A DNA stretch of 61,967 nucleotides. It comes from an uncultured virus (IMG/VR IMGVR_UViG_3300023174_000076). Its lineage: Duplodnaviria; Heunggongvirae; Uroviricota; Caudoviricetes. Made by a program: the position numbers and the translations under genes. Location of the stretch: IMG/VR virus record IMGVR_UViG_3300023174_000076. One strand, given 5' to 3'. The notes under the pieces are model-generated. The model was given only the letters and a program-made list of their open reading frames with translations. It did no database searches and had not been told where the DNA came from. Positions 1-11,740 of the stretch are shown piece by piece; within the stretch, counting starts at the first letter, position 1, and the number at the start of each line of letters is the position of its first letter.

Positions 1-1
1 A

Positions 2-3000
2 AAATATTCAGATATATTTAATGTTAATATTAATTCAACTGGATATCAGGTTTTTGTCCCTAAAAGAGCAATAGCAGATAATAGAACTTATGAAGTATTT
101 AACTGGAGACTAATAGCTAGGTCTAAACAGTCAGTTAACCTAGAGCTAATCGATTACTTTTCTGACTTAGAAACAACTACTGGTATAAAACAAAAAACAG
201 TAAACGTTGGTGTCTTATATGATTCTTTTGATACCCAATCTTTAGAAATTATTAAACCATATGTATTCTATAGACTTGAAAAATCTCCATTTAACTTTTC
301 TAAATTTACATTTAAAAATCCAATAAGCGAAGCAGCAAACAGCTTAGATAAAACTAAAGCAAATTACTGGATGATTGATATTCAGTCTATTGATTCATTA
401 AAAGATTTTGATATACTTACATTTTGTCCAACAAAAAAAATCTCTGAAAAAGCTAATATATTAATAAATAATTATGTAAAAATACACAATGGAACATTAT
501 TGGTCGATGGGTCACTGTACCCTTCAGAGGAACCATTCATACATTCAGAAATAAAGATAAATGCATTTAATGCAACAGTTGTCCCAACTTACTATCAATA
601 TGTAACAACCTCAAAAATACTTGACGAAACAAAAAATGGTGGATGGAATATAGATTCTACCATATTTGAAAACGAAGACTATGGAATCTTTGGGCTAAAA
701 AAGGGTTCATATAGAACAATATCTGGAGTTAATTCTTCTAAAAGCTTTTTAAACATAGGCATTAGTTCATCTTCAAATTCCTCCGTCGGCGCACTATTTG
801 AGTTTCCAACAATTGGCGACGCCGTAGCACAGGGAAATATAATATTTACTTCTTTTTCTTTTTTAGAATATTGTAATTCAATCTATAGCATAGCCTCAAA
901 ATCTGCTGTTCTAAAATTAAATAATGAACAATCTGTTTTTGAAGAAAATAATACAAGTTTAATTTCAGCAGTTGTAGAAGGTCCGTTTAAGTTTTTATAT
1001 AACTCAGTTTCATATGCCCTCTATTCAAGATCATATGCATCGAGGGTAATAGATACAAGATCTTCTTTATTTAACTTTGTTGGAGAATGGAATTCGTCTT
1101 GGGCAATGAATCAAGATGCCCTTTTGACAGAAGAAAAAGAACAATTATTTGTAAATGTTACTGTTGGCTCAAATGAAACCAGATATGCAAGAAGTATTAT
1201 CCCATCACCGCTTAATATTGGTGAATACTATTTGCGTTCGTTAACAGAAACACTTCCAACCTACCAAAAAGATAAAATTTCTTTTATTGATTTAAGTTCT
1301 GTAGAATTTTATATTGAGATAACAAATCCAGATGTATTAATAGCAAATGCAACACAGGTCGCATCTTCGATAGAGGAAAACATAGCAAGTTCTTATAGTT
1401 TATTTTCTATTCCATCTTCAAGCAATTTTGTTCAAGCTTATACAGATACTGTATCTCCCATTATAAATATACCAGATGGATTTGGGCCGTATGTTGTCAA
1501 GGAAATTCCTAGTCTGAAAAGTTCAAATTCAAAACTACTTAATAATAATATTGATCCAACAAATTATTTTATTGCCTACCCATTTGAATTAGAAACAGCT
1601 TATTCATACCAAACAGCAACAGATAAACCACTTAGTTTTAAGGGAACATATTCTTCAAATATAAGAATACACTATCAGGGAGAAGGACAATTACAGCTAA
1701 AAAGATCTGTAGGAACTGTAGTAAGAAACTATACAATAATTCAAAAGGGTGAACCAACTGTTGTAGATGCTGGGGGTACAATCCCTGGTCAATCACAAAA
1801 TGATATCCCGTGCGTTAACCTTACTTCTGGAAGAGATTCTGTATTTAATTCTTCTGATCTTGTTTGGAGAAATTTTGATTATACCTGGGACATAGATGCC
1901 GGAAACGTATCCAGTGCCTGGACAGTTGGAACGACTGGAGAGTACGTAAAGTATATTAAATCAGTCTTAAAAGCCGGAGGATTTTATAGCGGAGCGATCA
2001 ACACCTCGTATGACTCCGCTGCATCCACCGCCGTATCTGCTTTTCAAAACAGAATGAAAACAAGTGGCGTACGATTTGATGGTATTGTTGACGGAAAAGT
2101 AGATAGCCAAACAAAATCTTTATTCGTGAGTGCAATGTCACTTGGTATTATAAATTCGGTAACAGCTAAAAACCTATGTAGCTCTAACGGAGTTTCAAAG
2201 TATTACGACGCAGCATTGTCGCAGGGTGATATAAATGAAATAAATTCTGGAGGAAAATATAGAAGAGTAAGTTATTCTGGTGGAGGAATCGGAACTCAGG
2301 TAACAAGAATCCAAGATGTAATATTTTTCACCATACCCGACGGTGCAGAAACGGTAAAAAATATTAAAATTAATTTTGGAACTCTTGAAAATTGGCGCAA
2401 TGTAACAGTAGTGTCTTATGGTTTTTCCCCAGTAAACCATGCAGCTAATAATGTTTCTTTTGCTAATACTATAAACAATAGCGTATACAATGGTTATACT
2501 GTCAACAAAAAACCAGATAGTTCTGGAAACGTTATCCTGTCGATGCACGATCAACCAATAGGAAATTGTAAATATGTTTATATTTATTTTAGGACTAATG
2601 ATACAGTAATCAACCAGTCTAAATATGGAAACGCTGAAGGATATCAAATCAGAAGCATCAGATGTGACATAGTTGGGAATGCAACTACAACAGCTCCAGT
2701 ATATGGCGATCCAAAGGAAATAGAAGTTCCAGTTTCGGAAACCTACAACGCATTTCCTAGTTTAAATAAACCAGAAATAGAAGATATAGCAAACTATTGG
2801 ACTGAAAATAATCCAAATGTTTATTATGATGGAAACACTCTTAAGTCAAATAAGTCTGGATATTTAATATATACTGTAGACACAGAAAAATATTATTCAT
2901 GGAATGGATCGTCTTGGTCTGAAGTTTCTTTTTCTGAAAATACAGAAAAAAATATTAGAACTGATACAAAAGTTATAACAAAAACTGTAGACGCATATGT

Positions 3001-4984
3001 TACGGCAACAACTGCGGAAAAGTTCTCTGACCTTTCGGCGTTAAAAAACCATACAGTCAAATATGATACTAATACAGTCAAAACAATTCCATTGACATTT
3101 GGTTCTTTGGTATATAGCTATTTAAATAAATCATACACAGAATCTCTATCAAGTTCTATTAAACTTTCTACGGCTAATTTTACTGCTAGTTCCGGTGTTG
3201 TATTCGATTTTACTAAGCAGCTTTATGTTGATTTAAATGGATCAAATTCTGTTTCTTTAACTTCTTTAGTTTCAGAAACAGGATCAAATGTGTCTTCACC
3301 ATCTTCTGTTTTAAGTATAAATTATTTAGAAACAAATCCATCCTCGGGAAATGCAACAAGATTAACAATAGAAACTTCAGCCACTTACTACTCCGGTTCA
3401 AGCGTAATTAGTACTCCACTTACATATATTAATCAGTATTTAATGAAAAATTTAAACAATGTAATAGTGCCTAAAAAAGAATCTATAACAACATTAGACG
3501 GAACACTGTTGTTGTGTAACGAATTTGGAAAACCTGTCGGTATACCAAGCGGTTCCGAAATCTCGAGTTACTTTGGATCAACAGCAACAGAGCAAGAAAA
3601 AGACGCGAGACTGGGTTTTGTCTATGTTAAAAATAGAATTCCAGAACAAGACGGATTTATTTATGGATTTTATGATTTTGCTCAGAAAGAATTCTTAGGA
3701 GATACAGTTTCATATGTAGACATGATTGTTAGGGGTATAAACAATATATTTCTTGCAGTTGTTGCCTATGATTCAGATGGTAATACCCAGAACATTATAG
3801 ATTATATTGGACCAAAAGTCAGCACAACTTTTATTCCAACAAATATTCCAATTAAAAAAATATGTCCTGTTTACTCTGTTAAATATAATTCTGGAACAGC
3901 AATAAAAATTGGTAATATGGATTCTTATGTCGACAAAAAACAAGCATGGCCGCTGATAATAACATCCGGATCCTTTACTAAATCGATTAATATATCAGAC
4001 ATATCTATTTATGAGGATTGGAAATCTAATTATATAAACCAAACTCTTATTGCGACTTATGACACAACTTCGGCTAAGGGTGTAAATTGGTCTAATATTT
4101 TTGGTAGAGGATATTATGATGTTAAAAATGAAAAACCAATATTAGTTTCTGACAAACAAATTAAGTTAAGACAAACACCATTAGTTGTTTGGCCAGAACC
4201 AACTAATTATAAAAATTCAGTAGCCCCTTTATTTAAACCACAGATTGAGATATACACAAAAGAAACCTCATCTTCCGAATGGGAAAAATTATCCCTCTCT
4301 GAAGTTAGAGATTACAATTGCAGTTCTGGTTTAATAGAATTTAACAATAGAATAATTCCTTCTGATGAAAATTTAATAAAAGTAAATTATGTAATTAAAA
4401 ATTCTGATTTGATGATATATCAATCGAATGGAGAGACAGTTCCTCTTAATCCATTTTTAAATTCTAAAAATATCAAATTTAATAAACCCTTATACATATA
4501 TGTGCTACCAATAAAGATTAATAAACTCTCAACAAACTCAGCTGACGCCGCTGAATATGTGCCATTACAGGATTACGTTCCAAGTTATCCGTATAATTTT
4601 ACGTATAATTCTGAAATATTTAATGAATATTCACCGAAGCACGACCCCTTCGCATTGCCAATCGGCATTATATACTTTACCAATAACCCTAACAAGAAGC
4701 AAACAGAGATATATGATACGAGATTAAGGGGTGGTGGCATAGCAGCCGAGCACCAATTCGTACAGATAGATTCAGAGATAGATAATCTCCTTTCAAACTG
4801 GGACGTGTACCCAATACACGGATGCTCATATCCAAGAGGTGGATTTGTAGTAATTAGGATACCAGATGAAGTTAAAAATAACTTTGAAAATATAGAAGAA
4901 ATATATGATATAATTCGTAGAAATCTAACTGCTGGTATTTCTTTCCAAATACAGAATTTAGATGGAGAGATCTGGGAAATATAA
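2..4984 (+). CDS. Very large virion structural (baseplate/tail-associated) protein with an internal peptidoglycan-binding domain; 5'-truncated by the window edge
   Basis: The frame is open from position 2 through the ORF-track start at 371. A PG_binding_1-like segment (GTTGEYVKYIKSVLKAGGFY...AVSAFQ...VDGKVDSQT) lies at about 1918-2125. The C-terminal DTRLRGGG...WD...YPRGG...IRIP resembles large-phage structural proteins. Confidence 0.65.
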   Translation, partial: KYSDIFNVNINSTGYQVFVPKRAIADNRTYEVFNWRLIARSKQSVNLELIDYFSDLETTTGIKQKTVNVGVLYDSFDTQSLEIIKPYVFYRLEKSPFNFSKFTFKNPISEAANSLDKTKANYWMIDIQSIDSLKDFDILTFCPTKKISEKANILINNYVKIHNGTLLVDGSLYPSEEPFIHSEIKINAFNATVVPTYYQYVTTSKILDETKNGGWNIDSTIFENEDYGIFGLKKGSYRTISGVNSSKSFLNIGISSSSNSSVGALFEFPTIGDAVAQGNIIFTSFSFLEYCNSIYSIASKSAVLKLNNEQSVFEENNTSLISAVVEGPFKFLYNSVSYALYSRSYASRVIDTRSSLFNFVGEWNSSWAMNQDALLTEEKEQLFVNVTVGSNETRYARSIIPSPLNIGEYYLRSLTETLPTYQKDKISFIDLSSVEFYIEITNPDVLIANATQVASSIEENIASSYSLFSIPSSSNFVQAYTDTVSPIINIPDGFGPYVVKEIPSLKSSNSKLLNNNIDPTNYFIAYPFELETAYSYQTATDKPLSFKGTYSSNIRIHYQGEGQLQLKRSVGTVVRNYTIIQKGEPTVVDAGGTIPGQSQNDIPCVNLTSGRDSVFNSSDLVWRNFDYTWDIDAGNVSSAWTVGTTGEYVKYIKSVLKAGGFYSGAINTSYDSAASTAVSAFQNRMKTSGVRFDGIVDGKVDSQTKSLFVSAMSLGIINSVTAKNLCSSNGVSKYYDAALSQGDINEINSGGKYRRVSYSGGGIGTQVTRIQDVIFFTIPDGAETVKNIKINFGTLENWRNVTVVSYGFSPVNHAANNVSFANTINNSVYNGYTVNKKPDSSGNVILSMHDQPIGNCKYVYIYFRTNDTVINQSKYGNAEGYQIRSIRCDIVGNATTTAPVYGDPKEIEVPVSETYNAFPSLNKPEIEDIANYWTENNPNVYYDGNTLKSNKSGYLIYTVDTEKYYSWNGSSWSEVSFSENTEKNIRTDTKVITKTVDAYVTATTAEKFSDLSALKNHTVKYDTNTVKTIPLTFGSLVYSYLNKSYTESLSSSIKLSTANFTASSGVVFDFTKQLYVDLNGSNSVSLTSLVSETGSNVSSPSSVLSINYLETNPSSGNATRLTIETSATYYSGSSVISTPLTYINQYLMKNLNNVIVPKKESITTLDGTLLLCNEFGKPVGIPSGSEISSYFGSTATEQEKDARLGFVYVKNRIPEQDGFIYGFYDFAQKEFLGDTVSYVDMIVRGINNIFLAVVAYDSDGNTQNIIDYIGPKVSTTFIPTNIPIKKICPVYSVKYNSGTAIKIGNMDSYVDKKQAWPLIITSGSFTKSINISDISIYEDWKSNYINQTLIATYDTTSAKGVNWSNIFGRGYYDVKNEKPILVSDKQIKLRQTPLVVWPEPTNYKNSVAPLFKPQIEIYTKETSSSEWEKLSLSEVRDYNCSSGLIEFNNRIIPSDENLIKVNYVIKNSDLMIYQSNGETVPLNPFLNSKNIKFNKPLYIYVLPIKINKLSTNSADAAEYVPLQDYVPSYPYNFTYNSEIFNEYSPKHDPFALPIGIIYFTNNPNKKQTEIYDTRLRGGGIAAEHQFVQIDSEIDNLLSNWDVYPIHGCSYPRGGFVVIRIPDEVKNNFENIEEIYDIIRRNLTAGISFQIQNLDGEIWEI

Positions 4985-7659
4985 TGTTAAAACAACTTCC
5001 AAATGTAATTAATAGTTTTTCAAACAGCTCTCAAGCTACAGTATCTTCTTTGATCAATCAAATGAAGATTGATAAATCAGATGTATCTAGCTTGATTTCA
5101 AAACTTTCACAAATAAGAGTGGACACAAGTTATTCTCCATCTATATTTAGTCAATTTAGTTCTTTGAATAAAGAGTTTTTTATCGACATTTTTAGAGACG
5201 CAGACTTAAGAATGAGAAGCTACTATGCGTCAGCCAATACAGTTGGCTTAATGCTGAATTCGATGATCGATATTTTCTTTTCTGAAATTGAAAAAGTAGA
5301 AAAAGATTTAGATACATTACAGATTTTTATTGATAATTATGAATTTATAGCAGGAAAAGATGATTTATATAATTCAAATTATATAGAAAAATTTGATAAT
5401 TATTTAAATGATTATAGAACAGACGGTTATTTATTTGATTTAATTGATAGAGATGGTTCTCATTTTGACGAGAATGGCAATGGTTTTGTTGATACAAAAG
5501 CTGGTGTATTTAAAATTGGTAGTGGTATCACAACCAAAAACGCACTCGATTTTATCGATGATATAAAAATTAAAAGCAATTATGAAAACTATAAATCAAG
5601 TGACAGTGGTTTTTATACAACTTTAAATGATAGTAAATCAGATTCTTGGAACGTAAGTATAAAATCTCCAGTTATTTTAACATCAAAAATAGATGATATT
5701 AAAAAATATATATCTTATGATACTTCTTATATCAATGGTGCACAAAATATTGTTGAAATGTCTTTTGCATTTCCACAGGAAATAGATACAATATACATAA
5801 CACCGGGCCACGGGAACGGCCTTCAATTGCTACAGGCAGTTCTGTCTTCTGACTCTACAGAAAGTTATGTCTATAAAGATTACGAAACAATTTTAGAAGA
5901 AGCAACAGATTCCGATCAAGCAGTTGAATCGTATACTATCAACAGCATTGGAGATCCCATATCTTCTACGACAACTATTTCTGTATTAACGGAACCGAAG
6001 CAACTGGATTCTATTACTGAAATTTCTTTTCCAAGAAGAAATGTAAGTAAAATTATACTTATATTTAATCAACCAGTTTATTCCAAGAATGAGAATGTTA
6101 CTTCATCAAGTGAATTAAACGCAAAAGCTGTATATGATATTGGCAGAGAAATAAGAGAAATAAGAAGGTCTAATACAGATAAATTACAGGATTTAGTATA
6201 CAATTTATTTTTAAGAAATAATTCTATTAAAGATTTATTTAAAAATAAATATATGAATGATAGTTATTATTCATATAAATACCCAAATGTTAATAAAACA
6301 TTCGCTAATAAAATGGGCAGAGATAATTTTTCAGAAGAAAATATTCAATCTAATTTAATAGATGAAAAATGGAGTACAATTTTATCTACTTTGTTTCAAA
6401 ACTTTTTTGTTCATATGATTAAAGACAGTGGAGAAATTTTTAATAATTCAACTTTTGTTGAATCTGGATCTATATTTTCAGAAAACTATGATTTTAAAAA
6501 ACCAGGAATGCTTCTGCAAAAAGATTCAAATAATATATTTTCAGGAAAAACACAAGAGTTATTTGCAGAAACAATTTCAAGATCAAACCGTTCTATATTT
6601 AAAGATTTATTTATTTTAGAAAAAATAGATCAATATGAATATACTTTTTCTATTAAATCAATAGAATTTGCAGCAGTAGATAAGGTAGATTCTAATAAAG
6701 CATGTTTTGTTAGTAAAAAAATTCCATTCAACGGATATCCTTTAGCCCTAAAAGCTTCTTTGGTTAAGAGTAAAAATATAATAGATTTTAATAGATTTAA
6801 TTTTGATCTAAAAGAACCTATATCTTATGAGATTTCTATATCCAATACAGAAATACCTGTATCCGAAAGTGATTGGATTTCAATACTGGAGTATGGAAAC
6901 GATCAAATAGATTCAGAGGTTTTATTTTTTGATTTACAATCGTTATCTGCGTATACAAGATTTTATTTTAAAAAAGAAACATTTGTTTTGTATAAAGACG
7001 GTTATATGGTTTCACCAAATAAATATTCTTTAAAGGAAAATTCAATAATTATTAGTTCATTAGACATTAATTCTATATATGTTTGTAAATATAAAACAGA
7101 TTTAACCCTTTTTAATTATGATAATATTGATTTTATTAAAAATAAATTATTTCAAGAGTCAACTAAATCATATTTTAACGATCAGGGTCAGGGTGAAAGG
7201 TTCCCAATGACAGATTATACGGGAAGAATAACACTAAGTAATTTTCCTTATATCAATACAACCTACGCCCAAACTTCTAGCTACAATCCCGCATACGGCA
7301 CAATATTTTCCTCAGACTATCAGGGCTATAGTCCGATCAAAGTACTTTTGTCGGATGGATCTTACGCAATTAACCTAACAAACTATACCAACAGTAAAGA
7401 TCTTCCATCTTTTACTGATAGTTCAAGAGTTTATTTCATACAAAATGGCAAAGAAATAGCATTTAATCAGATTTTATCTGATTCATTTTCGGTAATTTAC
7501 GAATACGTTTCTAACTCTACTAGATTTAGAATAATAATTAGAAAAAATGTATCAAAAATTCTTTATCAGGCATCAATTGATGCAGTGCTTATTAAAGCAA
7601 AAACAAAAAATTATGATCCTTATTACGACAAATTAACCAAAGCATTGGCGGTCAATTAA
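4984..7659 (+). CDS. Putative virion structural protein (891 aa)
   Basis: Long ORF coupled to the upstream gene by TAATG; coiled-coil N-terminus and beta-rich remainder; operon context. Confidence 0.55.
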   Translation: MLKQLPNVINSFSNSSQATVSSLINQMKIDKSDVSSLISKLSQIRVDTSYSPSIFSQFSSLNKEFFIDIFRDADLRMRSYYASANTVGLMLNSMIDIFFSEIEKVEKDLDTLQIFIDNYEFIAGKDDLYNSNYIEKFDNYLNDYRTDGYLFDLIDRDGSHFDENGNGFVDTKAGVFKIGSGITTKNALDFIDDIKIKSNYENYKSSDSGFYTTLNDSKSDSWNVSIKSPVILTSKIDDIKKYISYDTSYINGAQNIVEMSFAFPQEIDTIYITPGHGNGLQLLQAVLSSDSTESYVYKDYETILEEATDSDQAVESYTINSIGDPISSTTTISVLTEPKQLDSITEISFPRRNVSKIILIFNQPVYSKNENVTSSSELNAKAVYDIGREIREIRRSNTDKLQDLVYNLFLRNNSIKDLFKNKYMNDSYYSYKYPNVNKTFANKMGRDNFSEENIQSNLIDEKWSTILSTLFQNFFVHMIKDSGEIFNNSTFVESGSIFSENYDFKKPGMLLQKDSNNIFSGKTQELFAETISRSNRSIFKDLFILEKIDQYEYTFSIKSIEFAAVDKVDSNKACFVSKKIPFNGYPLALKASLVKSKNIIDFNRFNFDLKEPISYEISISNTEIPVSESDWISILEYGNDQIDSEVLFFDLQSLSAYTRFYFKKETFVLYKDGYMVSPNKYSLKENSIIISSLDINSIYVCKYKTDLTLFNYDNIDFIKNKLFQESTKSYFNDQGQGERFPMTDYTGRITLSNFPYINTTYAQTSSYNPAYGTIFSSDYQGYSPIKVLLSDGSYAINLTNYTNSKDLPSFTDSSRVYFIQNGKEIAFNQILSDSFSVIYEYVSNSTRFRIIIRKNVSKILYQASIDAVLIKAKTKNYDPYYDKLTKALAVN

Positions 7660-7661
7660 AT

Positions 7662-9566
7662 ATGGCACAACTATCACCATCAACATCTATTTTTGATCAA
7701 GTTGCCACATCACTTTCTTCTATAGCTGACAAACTAAAAAATGGCAAATACATTACAAAGCAAGATCTAATATCGGACTTTAACCAGGCATTGAGTGACG
7801 CCTATAAAAATATAGATTCATTTAATACAAGTTTAGATTTATTTACAAAAGGCGAACCACCAACATCGACCAAAATAAATAAATTTGTTAATTCATTAAA
7901 AAATGATATCAACATATCTGCCAAGCAATTAGATTATTTAACTGCAAAAACTATAAGTATATTTAATTTATTTACTTCTGAAATAGAAAATGAAAAAAAG
8001 TATTCTCAAAGAATATTTTCAAAAACAAAAATACTTCAGATGTATTCCTCAAGTCCAGCAGAAGATATAGTTTACATTGGCGATTCGTTTGATAATCAAG
8101 ATTACATGGATTTTTCTAAAATGAAAGTAAATCAAAATCCAATGATACACAACAGTGCAGCAACTATTCAGGCAGCAAAAACTGTCAACTGGAATGTATC
8201 TAGATTAACATTGAATAATTCCAATGGGTTTATGGGGAATAATCATATCGTTATTAAAAGAAAAGATGAATTAGATAAAATAAATTATGAATATGTTTTT
8301 AAAAACAGTCCCTCAATATCTAATCCACTAAATATAATAGATAAAAATCCATTAACATATTTTGAATATGAAGCTTTAAATGTTGATAAAACTAAGTATA
8401 AAAATGTATTTGATTTTGCTCCATCTGATAATGAGTTTTCTTATATAGTTGATTCAGAAGAACTTTCTTCGGCGCCAAAACGCAGTTTAGTTAATTGGTC
8501 AAATCATAATTTGCAAGAACCTTTAAAGTTAGATTTTACGATTGAAGCAAATGCCGCGTCAATGGCTAATTCGATAAAAATATCTCCATATTTTGGATAT
8601 ACAAAAATAGTAAAAGTTTCTAACATTTATGTTACCAACGATTTGGGTGAAACAGAACATATTGTTAGGGAACCTTTTTACATAGGGCTGTCTCCAGAAA
8701 GCTTAACAAAAGAGGCTTATTCAAAATACTATTTCGATTCAGCTGTTGTTAAATTTTCTGATAGAAAAGTATTAAAAGTTAGAATTATTCTTGAGCAGCC
8801 GTATTTTAATGAAGAAGAGATAATGCATACCTACTGGGCTACAGATTATACCGGATCTAAATCAGACAATAGTCCATTTTTTGGTTCTGTAAGATTTAAT
8901 CCAGATTCTTTAAGCAAGGATATTTATCAAGAAATAAATTACAACAAAGATGCAATAATTCCACCATTAAGCAATCCAAATATTTTTAAGAAAAATAATG
9001 TTACTAGCAAAGAAATAAGTATATCTGTAAAAAAAAGACTCACTAACACAAATACATCTGAGTCGGTTCAAACATTTACTGTTCCGTTAAAATTACAAAG
9101 AGATATAATTAAAAGCAGAAGGATGTCTATTGGCTTAAGAGATGTTTCAGTCGAATATATTGAATATTTAGATTCAGCAGAAATTATCTCTCTACCCTAT
9201 GTTTTCGATTATCCAGTAGAGTCAGTAATGCTTGGCATAGAGAGCGACGTAAAAAATGTTTCTTCAAATATTCAACTCATATCATCTGAAATATCTGTTG
9301 ATGGTGGAAATAATTGGTTTGAAATAAGTTCTACTCAGTATGGATTTAGCTCTTCTACTTCTTCACAAAATCCAGAAATTTTAGTATTCAATCAAAATGT
9401 TTCACCAGGGTACAAGCTTCCAGGCGTAGGATATGAAAACTATCCAAAAATTCCACAAGAGGTTAAGAGCATATTAGTTAAAATAAAATTACTAAAGGAT
9501 CCAAATACAAACGTTGTTCCAAATGTATACTCTTATACATTGGCCGCAAAGGTTAAAAAAATATGA
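7662..9566 (+). CDS. Putative virion structural protein (634 aa)
   Basis: Long ORF in a tightly packed operon; contains an S-x-D-x-G-x-x-W motif (SVDGGNNW). Confidence 0.55.
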   Translation: MAQLSPSTSIFDQVATSLSSIADKLKNGKYITKQDLISDFNQALSDAYKNIDSFNTSLDLFTKGEPPTSTKINKFVNSLKNDINISAKQLDYLTAKTISIFNLFTSEIENEKKYSQRIFSKTKILQMYSSSPAEDIVYIGDSFDNQDYMDFSKMKVNQNPMIHNSAATIQAAKTVNWNVSRLTLNNSNGFMGNNHIVIKRKDELDKINYEYVFKNSPSISNPLNIIDKNPLTYFEYEALNVDKTKYKNVFDFAPSDNEFSYIVDSEELSSAPKRSLVNWSNHNLQEPLKLDFTIEANAASMANSIKISPYFGYTKIVKVSNIYVTNDLGETEHIVREPFYIGLSPESLTKEAYSKYYFDSAVVKFSDRKVLKVRIILEQPYFNEEEIMHTYWATDYTGSKSDNSPFFGSVRFNPDSLSKDIYQEINYNKDAIIPPLSNPNIFKKNNVTSKEISISVKKRLTNTNTSESVQTFTVPLKLQRDIIKSRRMSIGLRDVSVEYIEYLDSAEIISLPYVFDYPVESVMLGIESDVKNVSSNIQLISSEISVDGGNNWFEISSTQYGFSSSTSSQNPEILVFNQNVSPGYKLPGVGYENYPKIPQEVKSILVKIKLLKDPNTNVVPNVYSYTLAAKVKKI

Positions 9567-11701
9567 ACATTTCAACAACTCAAAAAAGAAGATTTTTAAA
9601 TAATATATACAAATTAATATATTCTTCTGGCCAAAAACCCTCTGAACAAGATGTTAGAAAAGCATTTAATGAATATTTTAGCGTAAACCAACCAGGTTAT
9701 CCGGTTAAAGTAGACTATGATCTTCTTAGGGCTTCAAATAAAACTGATGTTGATTTATTAAATCAAATAATGGCTAATACAATTTATAATGTTGATATTT
9801 TATATGACACAATTCTAGATAATAATGAAGAATTATTTTCTATTGTTACATCTCTTAATAAAAAATTAGAAAATTTAAAAAAGAAAAGATTACAGTTAGA
9901 ATCAAAAGTAGATGATCTTATATTCATGAATAATAATTCTGATGGATATTTTTATTCTTTTACAGAAAATTTTATATCAGCAGACAAATTAGATCTTTCA
10001 TTAACCGATTCCGCATTTTTTGATCCTAAGCTTAGGAATGTAACTATTAGCAAATTAAAATCTGAACAGTTTAATGTTATGACTGTTGACAATCTTAATG
10101 GAAATAATGTTAATTTTACAGTAACAGCAAATGGTCAGCAGTTGAATCAGACTATTGATAAAACAAATTTTAATAATATATTTGATGGGTTAACAGATAC
10201 ATATTGGGATCATGTTGTGTCTTTGGAAAATCCGCAACCAGTCTCACTTACCATGAGCATACCCGTCAACAAAACCTCGATATTGTCAAAGGTAGATGGG
10301 ATTCCTTTTACCTCATCTCCAGTAAACATTATGATGAGAGCAATATATTCCGATCCAGAAAAACCAAATGAAATAAAAACAAAGACATCAAGATTAGACT
10401 ATGATGCATTCTCTTTTGCCATTCCAGCAGATTCTTATTCAGCGATAGAGATAGTTCTATATAAAAATGAACCAGACTATATAGATCAAAATAGTTCTAG
10501 ACCATATGTTTATAAATTTGGCTTAAGAGAAATGATAATTGGGACAAAATACTACGCTAAATCAGGTATACTGGTATCTGCCCCAATATCCATTGCTACA
10601 AAAACTAATTCAAATTTAATAATAGATGCAGTTTCCATGGAGGTTCAGGAGCAGGTTATTCCTGGAACATCAGTGAACTACTATATCGCTGCCAATAACC
10701 CAACTGCACAAAATGTTAATGATTATAATTGGATTCCAGTATCTCCAAAGGGTTCAGAAAGCTCTGGTTATAATCCTGTTGTTTATCTTGATGGATCAAC
10801 TAGAAATAATGTTTATATATCAAATACGCCTGAAGAAAACGAACTAAAATATATACCAATCAACTCTTCGGCAGTAAATGCAAATGAATTAAATCCAAAT
10901 AATAAAATATATTCTGGAAAAAATGCGTATAGGATTACTGCACTTAGTTCTGAAGAAAATTATTTAAACTCAATTCTTTTAGGCGGAGTAGATTGCCTAA
11001 AGCATAACTATTTAATATATGCAGGTGAGTCTGTAGCAGATGGAAAATATAAAGATCTTGAATATTGGTCTGATATATTCAATAATAAGCCGGCTTCACT
11101 TTTATCAAATACGTTAAAGGAACAAATAGGTTCTATAAATCCAGGAATAAACTCTTATAGTTCGGGGTATATAGAGACATCGATAATAAGACAAGGCCCT
11201 CTAAATGTTGTACATAATGTCTCAAAATCTAATCCTAATTTTAATCTAGCAATATATTTAAATGGAATTTTAATAGCAGATCTTCCAAAGGGAACAGGAA
11301 GCAAGGTCGTTGAATGGGAATTTAAATCTGGAATTAATAAAATAATAATAACTTATGATAAATTGGTATCAGGACAAGTTTCCTTTAATCTGATAGAAGG
11401 TTTGTCCCTCTCTAGATACGGATTAATTTTTGTTGATTATTTTAATTATTTGGACCCATTTGAGTTTCAGAATAAAGTAAATGAAGACAGCTATTATTTT
11501 ACAATAGATACAATTTTTGGAAGAAAAGAAGTACTAGCTTCAAGGGAGCTATCGGGAAAGTCAAACTTTATTTATACCTCTAATAATCAATCAGCCGTAA
11601 ATTCCATTAGGTATAGGGTAGATTTAAATAGGTATGAAGATCCATTGTCATCTCCTATAGTTGAATCTGTAAGAATTAAGTTTAAACATAGGGATGCATA
11701 A
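9563..11701 (+). CDS. Putative virion structural protein (712 aa)
   Basis: ATGA overlap; coiled coil followed by a discoidin-like FDGLTDTYW motif. Confidence 0.55.
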   Translation: MNISTTQKRRFLNNIYKLIYSSGQKPSEQDVRKAFNEYFSVNQPGYPVKVDYDLLRASNKTDVDLLNQIMANTIYNVDILYDTILDNNEELFSIVTSLNKKLENLKKKRLQLESKVDDLIFMNNNSDGYFYSFTENFISADKLDLSLTDSAFFDPKLRNVTISKLKSEQFNVMTVDNLNGNNVNFTVTANGQQLNQTIDKTNFNNIFDGLTDTYWDHVVSLENPQPVSLTMSIPVNKTSILSKVDGIPFTSSPVNIMMRAIYSDPEKPNEIKTKTSRLDYDAFSFAIPADSYSAIEIVLYKNEPDYIDQNSSRPYVYKFGLREMIIGTKYYAKSGILVSAPISIATKTNSNLIIDAVSMEVQEQVIPGTSVNYYIAANNPTAQNVNDYNWIPVSPKGSESSGYNPVVYLDGSTRNNVYISNTPEENELKYIPINSSAVNANELNPNNKIYSGKNAYRITALSSEENYLNSILLGGVDCLKHNYLIYAGESVADGKYKDLEYWSDIFNNKPASLLSNTLKEQIGSINPGINSYSSGYIETSIIRQGPLNVVHNVSKSNPNFNLAIYLNGILIADLPKGTGSKVVEWEFKSGINKIIITYDKLVSGQVSFNLIEGLSLSRYGLIFVDYFNYLDPFEFQNKVNEDSYYFTIDTIFGRKEVLASRELSGKSNFIYTSNNQSAVNSIRYRVDLNRYEDPLSSPIVESVRIKFKHRDA

Positions 11702-11740
11702 AGCCAGTGTTTCTGGTACTAATTGATTAGGAAGAATTAA

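Noticed and set aside
2195..3401. Minus-strand ORFs within the first structural gene
   Set aside because: Antisense shadows with no RBS or recognisable motifs.
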